A DNA stretch of 64,000 nt, taken from NCBI RefSeq assembly GCF_001447785.1, contig NW_015167060.1:634514-698513 (forward strand), in the 5' to 3' direction. How positions within the stretch are numbered: the stretch's first letter is position 1; each line of letters starts with the position of its first letter. Both the position numbers and the translations under genes were made by a program. The notes beneath the pieces are model-generated. The model saw nothing but the letters and a program-made list of their open reading frames with translations, was not told the DNA's origin and did no database searches. Of the stretch, positions 1-11,057 are shown piece by piece. This stretch comes from Gekko japonicus. Lineage: Eukaryota.

Positions 1-86
1 TTCTGGCTCCCCCAGCTCTCGGGAGGGGCTCTTAAAAAAGTTATGGCTGCCGTCGCTGTTCTAGCATGGGAGGAGGGACGGGACAA

Positions 87-312
87 AACGTTCCCTTGCC
101 TCCCTGAGCCCCGGGGTGGTGGCCTTGGACTCGTAGGGGTAAATTCCACCTCTCGCATGTGCCAAGCGGCCTTGGACTCGTAGGGGCAAATTCCACCTCT
201 CGCGTGTGATGTCCGAGCAGCGGCGCCACTCAGACATCACACTCGAGAGGTGGAATTTGCCCCTACGAGTCCAAGGCCACCACCCCGGGGCTCAGGGAGG
301 CGGGGGAACGTT
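87..312. mobile_element. Foldback/MITE-like palindromic sequence with an internal duplication
   Basis: aacgttccc...ccacctctcg and its reverse complement cgagaggtgg...gggaacgtt; GC/CpG-rich. Confidence 0.65.
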
Positions 313-404
313 TCCCCCACCCACTGTGTCCCAACTGATGGCTGGTGGGAGCAGGAGGCGGGGCTTATATGCCTGCCCCCTGGGCTCTGGACTGGCAGAG
401 CGGT

Positions 405-540
405 GCTTTGGTGCGCTCCGGCAGGAACCGAGGCCTGGGTCTTTCACATCACTTACTACCTGGTCCGAGATGCTAGGGGTTGAACCTGGGATCTTCTCCA
501 TGCCAAGCAGGAGCTCTACCATTGAGCCATGGCCTTCCCC
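405..540 (-). mobile_element. tRNA-derived SINE (Squam2-like) fragment
   Basis: B-box-like ccaggttcaaccc on the minus strand; similar to 48340-48515. Confidence 0.6.
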
Positions 541-1144
541 TAAAGTCTAGTTGTCATCCATCCAAGCAGGAAGTAGTTGAGAGCAACAGGTGAGGCCTCA
601 CAACAAATTTCTCATGTTGAGAGGTAAACTGTCAGATTTAGCAATGATCTGCCTCCCTATTCTACTTCTTTAAATATCTTCTAATAACATGCTTTTCTTT
701 AAAGCAGTTCACATGTGGTGCCAAACAGTTGTTTTAATCAAAAGCACAAACTTGTGAAAAGCAATCTGGGTCGGTTTCATTTGGAAAGGATGAGGGTGCG
801 ACAGACCAGCAAGGATGGAGTCTCCCCTTGAGGGATTAAAGGCCTGCTTGTTGCTGATTTTAATGGTCAGATTCTTACACCCTAAAGAAAACCTACCTCC
901 TCTCCTGTACCTGTACAGAGGGGGCCAGGAAGACATCACCCAGATAAGAAGCCCAACCACACTCTGAGAGCTGGACTAAAATGATGCCTTTAAACCTGAC
1001 AATGTCTTGAATGGGATAAGGTGCACTGGATGAACTGCCGGGGTTGAGTTCCAGTTCTCCCTCATTCCCTAGCGGTGGCAATATTAGAGTGTAGCTAATG
1101 AAAATGACTTGTGCTCACGCTGTTCCTTTCCTTGATGTCAGAGG

Positions 1145-1357
1145 TCATAGAATCATAGAATGTTAGAGTTAGAAGGGACCTTGCAGGTCATCTAGTCCAA
1201 CCCCCTGCACTCTGCAGGAGCATAGCCGAAAGATAGCCCTACAACATACCCAAAAGATGGCTGTCCACCCTCTGCTTGAAAACATCCAGCAAAGGAGCAT
1301 CCACCAACTCCCGAGGCAGTCTGTTCCACTGCTCAACCACTCTTACAGTTAGGAAGG
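1145..1357 (-). mobile_element. CR1 LINE 3' end
   Basis: (ATTCTATG)n tail and ttggactagatgac-type motif. Confidence 0.8.
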
Positions 1358-1420
1358 TCTGCATTTTAAAAACTATTCTTTAAAAATTGTTAGGGATTTC
1401 CCCCCAACACCCACACACAT

Positions 1421-2265
1421 TTTATTTATTTGTTATTTATTTATTCAACTTTTATCCCACCCTTCTGCCAAAGTGGCTCAGGGCGGCTCACAGCATTAAT
1501 AAAACCAACACGGATAAAACATCAGTCCATAAAACAACTTTACATAAATACAATAAATATAAGTAAAAGCCGTTCGATAAATCATTACAACTAGACATCG
1601 ACCACATTGTTAACTACCTATACAGTATACATGTCTTAGCAGGTCGGCAGGCTTGGCTGGCATCCCGTCGCTCTCACTGGTATGCCCGGCGGAAAAGCTC
1701 CGTCTTCACGGCCCTGCGGAATTGCTGGAGATCTCACAGGGCCTGGATCTCACTAGGGAGCTTGTTCCAATATGCTGGTGCAGCTAGCGAAAATGCTCTA
1801 GACCTAGTTGTTGTCAACCTGGCCTCTTTAGGGCCAGGAAGGGTCAGGCGATGTTGTGTCCCAGATCTCAGAGCTCTCTGGGAGACATACGGGGAAAGGC
1901 GGTCCCTCAGGTAGACAGGTCCCTGACCATATAGGGCTTTAAAGGTCAAAACCAGCACCTTGAAGCGGATCCGGGATGCTATTGACAGCCAGTGCAACAC
2001 CTTTAGCACAGGCTGGATGTGCTCCCGCATCGGGAGGCCCATCAGCAGCCTGGCCGCCGCGTTTCGCACCAGCTGCAGCTTCCAAAGTTGCCCCAAGGGC
2101 AGCCCCATGTAGAGAGCATTGCAGGTGACCATAGCATGGATCACTGATGCCAGATCTTTGCACTTGAGGAAGGGAACCAACAGCCTAATCAGCCAAAGAT
2201 GGTAAAAGGCTGCCTTGGCAGTGGCTGCTACCTGGGCCTCCATTGTTAAGGAGGCATCCAGGAGT
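1421..2265 (-). mobile_element. L2-clade LINE, 3' portion
   Basis: ORF 1734..2243 with NAAARLL...HIQPVLKVLHWL..RIRFK..LTFKAL; (AATA)n tail. Confidence 0.85.
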
Positions 2266-2370
2266 TACATTGTTAAGGAGGCACATTGTAGTTTTTCCAA
2301 ATAAGTCTCAGCTGTCCCCATCCCCAGTCACCACAGTAAGTCCCTAACATTTTGTCTGCATAAAGTGTGT

Positions 2371-2632
2371 TAGGGATGCCAGCCTCTAGGTGGGACCTGG
2401 GGACCCCCTCCCCCCAGAATTACAGTTCATCTCCAGACTACAGAGATCAGTTCCTCTGGATAAAATGGAGGCTTTGCAGGGTGTTGCAGGGTGGACTCTA
2501 TGGCATTGTACCCTACTGAGGTCCCTGTCCGCCCCAGGCTCCATCCCCAAACCTCCAGGAATTTCCAAAACTGGATCTGGCAAAAACCTCCCCCCATCCC
2601 CAGCCAGTGGCTGCAGGGACCTGGCAACCCTA
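2371..2632. mobile_element. MITE (TAGGG..GCCA termini, hAT-like)
   Basis: TIR tagggatgccag / ctggcaacccta; flanks aagtgtgt / gtgtgtgt. Confidence 0.65.
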
Positions 2633-2697
2633 GTGTGTGTTGGGAGGAGAGCAGGATTTTACTGACATAGGGACTGAAAATTCTTACACTGTGCAAG

Positions 2698-2797
2698 TCC
2701 TTCCTTCCTTCCTTCCTTCCTTCCTTCCTTCCTTCCTTCCTTNNNNNNNNNNNNNNNNNNNNNNNNCTCCCTCCCTCCCTCCCTCCCTCCCTCCCTC
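2698..2797. repeat. (TTCC)n/(CTCC)n microsatellite spanning an N gap
   Basis: Directly visible. Confidence 0.95.
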
Positions 2798-3739
2798 AAT
2801 AGTCACCAGTACTGAGTACCAGAACCTTTTTTCAGGGCTCTCCCAGGTCCTGAGGGGTGGGTGGAGAATTGGTGAAAATTGATGCAACTTCAGATATGAG
2901 TACTGGCGCTATATTCTTAAACAAAAAAGCACCAATATCATGATTTTTAAGACCAGATATGCTTTGAGAGCACTCTGTAGATGAAAAACAATGTAGAAAA
3001 GAACAATTGCCCTTACAATATATCAGTGTTTTCCCTTTAACAGAGGCTTACAAATTTAATCTTAGTGAATACAAGTATTTAAATCCAAACTAGTTTTATT
3101 GGCTTGACTTTCAGCATAGGTCAGCAGGTAAGCAAATGAGGACAAAGCACAAGTGTTTCTATGTAAAAGTGGGATTTATAGCTTCCTCTTTTGACATTTC
3201 AGTTGCTGGAAAACATGCATGTGCAAGCTGTTATTGCTTTTTCTGCAACAGGAAGAGGATGCCAATGGCCAGCTGGCCACTATATGGGCAAAGATCCTCC
3301 AGGTACCTCTCCCAATGACAGTGTTCACGTTAATTGTACTTGGCCCCAGACATCAGCTCACCAAGACAGGTCCTCAGCTGAGGACAAGTCAAATTGCTAT
3401 ATTGCAAGTTGCTGCTTTGATTCATCAAAGCATCATAGACACACTGCTAATCCAGTCCCTTTTGAAACTGTCCTGTCTTGTTTACTTCCTTCTCCCGCAG
3501 GCTTTTTGGTCCTGTGACTCAAAAGCTATATGATAACTAGGGTCACCAAGTGACCTAGAGGAAAACTCCCCAGCCCTGTTAGTAGAAGCTGAATATGCAG
3601 GAAAGGACTGTTGAAGCTTTTAATGGCATGGAGGTAAATAACATTACCAGGGTTGCTTTTACATGGAGATGATTCTTTGTGTAGCTCTCATTACTCTAGT
3701 GAATACAGAGGCATTCACAGCAGCAATGGAGCATCCATG

Positions 3740-4290
3740 TGTACATTTGTACATTCATTATGGGCAACAGTGTAGCAATGAAGTTTAATGTAGGTAAGTG
3801 TAAGGTGAGGCATACTGGAACAAAAAAAATCCCAACTTTAACTAAACTGAGGGGAAAGGGTGTTGTGGACATCTCAATGAAAGTGTTAACTTAGTGTGTA
3901 GCAGCAGTGGGAGGGGGGGAAGGCTAACTCCATGCTGGGGATTATTAGGAAAGGGAGTGAAAAATGAAACTGCCGATATCATAATGCCCCAGTATAGATT
4001 TATGGTGTGGCCTCATTTGGAATACTGTGTGCAGCTCTGGTCACTGCAGCTCAAAAAAGGACACTGCAAAATAGGAAGAAGTACAGAAGAGGGCAACCAA
4101 TGGAGCATGGGGCAAAGAGAGTGGATACTGAGAACTTTTTCTTCTTCCCCTAAAATACTAGAACTTACGGGCACTCAATGAAGTCCATGGGCAATAGATT
4201 CAGGATGGACAAAAGGAAGTACTTCTTTACACAGTACATGATTAAAATGTGCGATTCACTGCCAGTAGACGCAGTGATGGACACAAGCAT
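3740..4290 (+). mobile_element. Decayed CR1 LINE fragment
   Basis: PHLEYCVQLWS and FRMDKRKYFFTQ remnants. Confidence 0.75.
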
Positions 4291-4294
4291 TTTC

Positions 4295-4592
4295 TTGTTG
4301 TTGTTGTTCAGTTGCACAGTCGAGTCCGACTCTTTGCGACCCCATGGACCACATCACGCCAGGCCCTCCTGTCTTCCGTCGTGCTCCGGAGTTTGCTTAA
4401 TTTCATGTTTGTTGCCTCAATAACACTGTCTAACCATCTCATCCTTTGCTGTCCCTTTTTTTGACCTTCAATCTTTCCCAGCATCAGGGTCTTCTCCAGT
4501 GAGTGATCCCTTCTTATTTGGTGGCTATAGTATTTGAGCTTCTGCTTCAGTATTTGGCCTTCCAGGGAACAGTCAGGGTTGATTTATTTTAG
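4295..4592 (-). mobile_element. RTE/BovB LINE 3' end
   Basis: (CAA)n tail, catggggtcgcaaagagtcggac, gaccctgatgctgggaaagattgaagg on the minus strand. Confidence 0.85.
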
Positions 4593-4624
4593 GTGTTTCT
4601 TTAAATGCTTAGTTTGACTGCAGT

Positions 4625-4935
4625 CAGGGGTCTTTTGGGGCCGGAGCGCACTGAAGCACCGCTCCGGCAGCCCAGGAGCCCGCGCTAATGGTGGTGGCGG
4701 CAAGCCCCGCCCCTAGCTCCACACGCTGAAAGCGCTGCGGCTCAGGGGATGCCAGCAGAGCCCCCCCCCACCGTGTCCCCTGGGCCTGTGCAGGAGCGCT
4801 GTGGCTTGGTGGAGGTCAGAGAGCCCCGCCACCACGTTCCTCGGGCCCGCGCAGGGCTGTTCTGCCAAGGCTTTGGTTGAGGTGGCAGGTGTTTCCACCA
4901 TCTTGGCCTCCCCTGTCCATAGTTTGGGCCATCTA
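4625..4935. mobile_element. GC-rich hAT-type MITE fragment
   Basis: Start cagggg(g)tc..ggagcg..ctccggcag resembles the terminus of the element at 56744-57163. Confidence 0.5.
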
Positions 4936-5377
4936 GGTCAGGGCTAACTACCCTCAACAGGGAGTAATTTCCACAGAAGTCCCACTTTCAGAGTAAACAT
5001 GCTGAAACAGCTCTGCTACCTAACTGAGGATGTCAGCAGTTGCTTACTACTAAAGCTATTTCTTATTCTTTAGCAAGAGTTCTGCTCCACAGTGATGACT
5101 GAGAGCTATTTTTTATTCAAGCAGGGAACAAGCCTTTATATAACTGATTTGTCTGATGAATACCTGGGTTCACAGCTCAAAATACCTTGTACCTGTTACT
5201 GCCTGGAATAAAGATTTCTCTGCACTGGGTGCCCTCAGCAAAGTGTAACATAAACTCCTCCAGGGAGGTGTAGCTTCTCTTGCAATGTAAATGCTGGAGA
5301 AAATATCTGGGCATGCCATGATGCTGTCATGCACAATCGTAACATCGTAGACAAATCAGGACCTAAAAAGCAATCTA

Positions 5378-5910
5378 TGGCCCCTGTCACACGGGCAGGA
5401 AACTGCAGAGGAGAAGTGTGGCTGTTTGCCCCGGGGCAAACTAACATGCAGTAAAGCGATCAGACCTACTGTGGAGGTTCTGTGGAGGTACTGTGGAGGT
5501 TCCATGGCAAGGGAGAGGTGCCGATCACAACACACGCCTGCGCGCAATGAAGAAGCGCGCGGCGCGGCGAACTGGTTTTCTTTTTTTGTGTACACTACGA
5601 ATGCGCATGCTCCGTTGGGTGCGTGTGCGCATCCACGGAGACGTGGGGGGAAAAAAACCCTTTTCCGCAAGGGGACATGGGCGGGCGCCGGATACCACCG
5701 GAAACGCGATCAGACGCCCGCCCTTGCCCCGCAGTTTCTGGAAACTAGTACCTCCAAGGTACTAGTTTTTTGCTGCGCTTTTTCGGCAGGAAGCCTCAGT
5801 TGTGCCACGGAAGCACTACGCTTCCCAGATGTGCTGGTGAGATCGCGACCGGAAACTCCGCTTGTCTTCCGTATCTCTTGCGTGGCTAATGTTGCGTGTG
5901 ACCGCAGCCA
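5378..5910. mobile_element. CpG-rich MITE, copy A (Harbinger-like termini)
   Basis: TIR tggcccctgtcacacg / cgtgtgaccgcagcca, TA on both flanks; second copy at 41090-41611. Confidence 0.75.
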
Positions 5911-7109
5911 TAGACTGGATTCTTCCAGCCTCTGAAAATGTTCTGGGCTGGGGGATGTCATCATAAATATCTGAGAATTGGTTAATACAGTAAAGTGCAT
6001 TGCTAGAGGATTGCAACATATAGAATAGTGACTTGCACTTTTGATGACAGGATACAGAACTTGAATATTGCCTCACATCTCCTCAAGCATATTTTCCAGT
6101 GGAGCCAGCTCCCACATTTCTCAAGCATGAAGCATCTATCAAGAGTTTGTGTGTTTGGAAAGCAGTCCTTAATCAGTCAGACAATTCCACTGCTAAGGTT
6201 AGCATCACAGCAGTTAAGAAACTGAAAGGACTCCCAAGGTTCCCCCCGAACTGACTAGCTGCACGTGTCTGCCTGCTAGAGGACAGGACCACACAGGGCA
6301 ATCAACTCTAGTTCACCTCTCTCATTTCCATCAATGACCTATCCTTCTTGACCAAGTTCAGCTTCCACTAGCTGTTCTTCATCAACCAGTCCAGAAACAA
6401 TAGAAACAGGAGAATGTAGTAGAGTTTTACAGCTGGGAACTAACTTCAGGCATCTAAATCCATACAGACATACCAAAATTATCCTCTAGAGTGGATGCAG
6501 ATGTGGAAGAGGACAAGCTTTGACCATTCACAGTGGAGATCATGGTAAAAGGACAGTCTCTCACTAGGATGGAAAATATGCAATTAAGCACCTGCCTAGT
6601 TTCCCAGTATGGCTGAACACCAGAGCTCCCCCCCCAAAAAAAATCAGCTTGAAAGGAGAAGGGGTGATGGAGACCTGTGCACAGGTGCAGCAGGAGTAGT
6701 TCTGTTCTAATTGGTGTGCTTTGATCTGTTGTTCGCCCTCCTTTTTTTGGATAATATTTAATTCAAGCTTGCCAGGAAATTATATAGTATTCATCTTGTG
6801 AGTCTTTTTACTGGGCAGCTGCTGGGTGCAGCCACTCAGTGGTGGTGAAAAAGCCTCTGCATATGTTTGCAGTTGTTTTTCTTGAGGCTTATATTTTTCA
6901 GAACCTTCAAAAAAAAATTCTGCAACCAGAGCTTCGGCTCTGATCCAGTCCTGCGTTCATGGAAATAGTGAATCAAGAAAGGAAAAGTGAATTTTTGTAA
7001 AAAATTTAATGTTGATTATGAATGTTTATATCCTAAATAAAAAAATGACAAAAAAAAGAAAAGAAAGGAAAAGTGAAGTTGAAAAGGACAGAAAGGGAAG
7101 TCAGTGTTG

Positions 7110-7383
7110 TGAGAGCCAGTTTGGTGTAGTGGTTAGGAGCACAGACTCTAACCTGGGAGAACTGGGTTTGATTCCCTATGTCTTCACATGCAGCTGCTGG
7201 TGTGATCTTGGGTCAGTTACAAGTTCTTTCGGAGCTGTTCTTTCATGAACAGTTCTCTCTGAGCCCCACCAACCTCACAGGGTGTCTGTTGTGGGAAGGG
7301 GAAGGAGATTGTAAACCGCTCTGAGACTCCTTTGGGTAGGGAAGGGCAGGGTATAAATCCAATATTTTCTCTTCTTGTTGTTG
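7110..7383 (+). mobile_element. Squam3-like tRNA SINE
   Basis: gagagccagtttggtgtagtggtta head, ggtttgattccc B-box, simple-repeat tail. Confidence 0.8.
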
Positions 7384-9569
7384 TATAGTAGCTAGAGAAT
7401 CAGATTAGAACCTGGGAGCCTCGGGTTCAAACCTCCACACTGCCATGAGGACTGGTGTGACTAGTCATTCACCTCTCAGTCTCACCTACTTCACAGGGCT
7501 TTTGTATGGATAAAATGGGGAGAGGAGAATCCTGTTCTCTGCTTTGAGCTCCTTGCAGTAAGGGCAGGAAGAGGCGGTTGATAGATGAAAACTAGGGAGG
7601 AAAGGAAAGGGATAGATCTTACAAACAGCACACACGTGGGATGAGGAGGAGGAGGAGCCCACTTCCTGTCTTCCTCAGCAACTCAAGTAGAGCCACCAGG
7701 CCCAGTTCTTCGGGTGTCAGTGGTTACTGAGGAATCGGATTTTTGCATTCTTATGGAACTTCACCCTAAAATGCAAGTAGCTGGTGCCTCCCTTCTGTTG
7801 GCTGCAGTCAAATCACCTTGTATTTGTTGGACTTACAGTGTAAGGCAGAGGAAGCTAGCCCACTACCCCCTTCTGCTGGATAAAAGGTGATAATGCAACC
7901 ATCATACAGCCTCGCCTGTGTTTTATTTTTCATCACTGTTTGATTGAAAACCATCTTGCAAATAAAAATATTTTACTGGCGCTGAATTGTAGCTGACTAG
8001 AGTCCAGAAAGGCTGCAACAGCTTGGCTACCTGCACTGCCCAAAGACCAGGTCAGGGTAATAAGTCTTAGGCACTCTTGCTCTCCTTCACACAGTGCAGA
8101 TTTGTCCAATCTGCTGTTGTGTGATTGATTCTAGAGGAAAAGCTTCCCCTGGAACCTCTGAATGAAGCTACTGCATTGGCAGACCTGGGCCTGTCATCCT
8201 TTTGACTGAAGCCTGGCTGGAATTGTTTACAGCAAGCTGCCTGCTGCTTCTATTCAAAGAGCACATCTGGATTTGCTTAGTGAAATGAAGCAGGAAGTGG
8301 CTCCGTTATTATCTTCAGATGGCGCCAAAGGGAAATCCCTCTTCCACCCCATGTGTTCAGTGTAGCTGCCTGTTAACAGAGCGGCCTCATTGTGAAAGAG
8401 ACCCCTCTTTATTGTAGAGCTGCCAGATGGCTTATATTTTAAGATCCAGTTCATGTTTCAGAATGCCACAGCTCTGTAGTTTAAGCAAATCCAAAGCATT
8501 TCACAGCATGCAATTAGATACGTGCGCTTTGAAACAAAAAAACCTTGCATACATTCAGACACTCTCTATAGAAAGGCGACAGACCTATTCCTACATTTTG
8601 CATTTAGTGGCCTTCTGATCTCAGTGTTTGCCGCCCCCACCCCATCCTATTACCTATGATGAACATATATACACTTGTCAGCTTGGGGCACCAGCCTGGG
8701 GCATTTGGGAAATTGAGCACTGACCCATCAAAGCTTATGTGAGGTTCCAGAGGAATCATTGGGTTAGTTCCAGTCTAAGTCTCATAGAGCACCACTGAGG
8801 AAGAGGAAGAAGAAACAACTTAACACTCTGCTTCCTCAGAGCAGCTCCCTACCTACGTGACTATCAGCCTACAGAAATCCTGTGACATTCCAGGGGCTAG
8901 AAAAGGAGACTGGGGGGGAGTGGGGAGATCCACCACAACCATCAACACCTTCTGCTGATAGATGGTTTAATCCAACCAATTGTAATGATACATAAGACAC
9001 AACTATAAACCACAGTCCCACACTATCACAAAGAGCTCCTTTCAGTGAGCACCACACAAAAGTGTAATTGCCTTTCACTGTGATCTGCACAATTTCTGCA
9101 CTTCCCTTTGGAATTAAACACCATTCTACCCCCCACACAGTGACGCTTCCTGGGACACGTGTCTCATTTACCAAATAGATAAGTCAGCCCAGCATAAAAA
9201 CACTGTCCCATTAGCTCCATAAAGTTCTGGAATCTATTCTATTTAAAATATTAATACCTCACATTCACCAGGAAAATTTGTGCAAGATGCAATCCCAAAT
9301 TACAAGTCTTTGAAGATGAAATGAAGGAAGATGGAGGCTGGAATCTAGCTGTGTTGTCTTGTCATTCCACTATGTAAATGGTGGAATTGACTCTTTACAC
9401 TAAATAGGAAATGGCTACCTTCCTTACAACAGCACACAATCCTGCTTCACCATTTTGTATGTAACAGCAATTCACACCCGATTGGCCAGTCACCAGAAAG
9501 GCTTAATGTGTTTTTCTCTAAGATCTCTGCTGAAGCAAGTTAACAATTGATCTAATGCAAGGGGCATAT

Positions 9570-9582
9570 TGCCCTCTAGTGG
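9570..9582 (-). promoter_or_regulatory. CTCF-like motif CCACTAGAGGGCA
   Basis: Matches the CTCF core consensus just downstream of the DOK3 3' end; motif match only. Confidence 0.45.
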
Positions 9583-9948
9583 AAACAGGATAAGTCAAAT
9601 ACACCACAGTATCAAATAAATGATCTGCCGCACCCAGTTAAGATATTAATATATATCAGTATTGTTTAATGGGGCAGAAACTCTCCAAGGTCTCAAGCAG
9701 ACAAAATTCCTTCCCATCCCCTGCTACCTGAGATGCCAAGGACTGAACTCAGGACACGTAAATGCATGTGTTCTTCTACTGAACTACCCCCCCAAACATT
9801 ATACACAGTGATGCAGTGTAAACATAAGTACCCTGGAGTGTGCCATGAAGAGAGCTCTTCAGCACCGCAGTAGATATATCTGTAACATACTATTTCCCAT
9901 GTGGTATATAGAATCAAGACCACAGTTGACAGCATTAAAAAAAAATTG

Positions 9949-9954
9949 TTTATT
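9949..9954 (-). terminator. Candidate DOK3 polyadenylation signal AATAAA
   Basis: AATAAA about 305 nt after the stop, followed by a U-rich tract. Confidence 0.6.
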
Positions 9955-10259
9955 GAGACACAATGGGGAGATAAATTCCAACCAATACACATCCATCCAG
10001 CCCCCCAGTTTCCTTTATATCCACTGATTCAGCTACAAGGACAATCCCCACTCCCATCTCTAACTATCCAAGAATGATTCAGTGGGAAAGGGATGTTTTA
10101 GTTCACCTCATCCCCAAGACCACTATCTGGTCTAAGAGACTGTGGATCAAAAACCATTCCTGTCAAGGCTTCAAAGATAATAATGCACAGGGGTGGGGGG
10201 AATGAATGGAAGAGACTTCATACCCTATGGGACACAAACCCTTGCAGGTGAAGGGTTCA

Positions 10260-11057
10260 TTACAACTTGTCCACAGGATTAATACTCTTGCTAGATGCCT
10301 TTGGGATTCCTCCATCTCTGCTTAACAGGGAAACCAACTTGTGCTTCAAAGCACCAGTTCCTCTAGTCTTCGGCTTATTATTCACCGGGACCTCCCCTTC
10401 ATCTTCAACTCTGCCCGCCGTTGCCTGACAAAGCAGCGAGTGGTGGTACTGGCTTTCTGAGGAAGGATCGGCCTCTGCGCTGGGGTTCAAGCCAGGATGG
10501 CTACTTGAGCGTGTTGTTGTTACAGGACTGTTGTCATAGATGGGTGATAGATCACTGTCCCTAGCCTCCAAGGAATCTCTGTAGGGGACATTAGGAGAAC
10601 TTGGAGAGAAGGTACGTTGCTCTCGAGCACACAGGTTTTCATAGAGATGATCTGAGACCTGCTCTCCATGCTCCTTGGGTACTGTCTCAGTCCAGGGCTG
10701 GAAAAAACTCTTGCCAATAGAGGCATAAATGATGGGTGGCTCAGGAGTCCCCATCTCTGACTTACAAGGCACAATTGGGGGCCCCATTTCCACCGTCCCC
10801 TTTGGAATTCCTGCATACAATGCCTGCATCTCCTCCAGGCTTTCCATGGTGGTGGGCCATGACCAGACTCCCACTTTCTGTGTACAGTCTTGAGTTGGGG
10901 AAATCCCAGTTTTCTTTTCTGCTTCAAGAAGAGTGGCTTTTTGGTGGTCTATGGCAGCTGAGACAACCCTGTAGACCTCTGCAGCCTGAATGGTGTTAAA
11001 AGTAAAGACACCTTCTCCTGAATCACAGCGGCGCCCTGCCTCAAAAGAAAACACAGT
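10260..11057 (-). CDS. DOK3: DOK3 last coding exon (PTB end + tyrosine-motif tail)
   Basis: ccccag|ACTGTG..., 798 nt to TAA. Confidence 0.93.
   Translation of the reverse strand, partial: TVFSFEAGRRCDSGEGVFTFNTIQAAEVYRVVSAAIDHQKATLLEAEKKTGISPTQDCTQKVGVWSWPTTMESLEEMQALYAGIPKGTVEMGPPIVPCKSEMGTPEPPIIYASIGKSFFQPWTETVPKEHGEQVSDHLYENLCAREQRTFSPSSPNVPYRDSLEARDSDLSPIYDNSPVTTTRSSSHPGLNPSAEADPSSESQYHHSLLCQATAGRVEDEGEVPVNNKPKTRGTGALKHKLVSLLSRDGGIPKASSKSINPVDKL

Noticed and set aside
121-280. Repeated 35-nt unit resembling CRISPR repeats
   Set aside because: Eukaryotic context; two direct copies and one inverted copy, no spacer array or cas genes
898-964. Exon-like AG...GT segment, possibly PDLIM7
   Set aside because: No PDZ/LIM-like translation; splice-like signals alone are insufficient
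5426-5935. 169-aa ORF and similar ORFs at 41029-41504
   Set aside because: Inside a GC-rich MITE; frames differ between the two copies; no domain recognised
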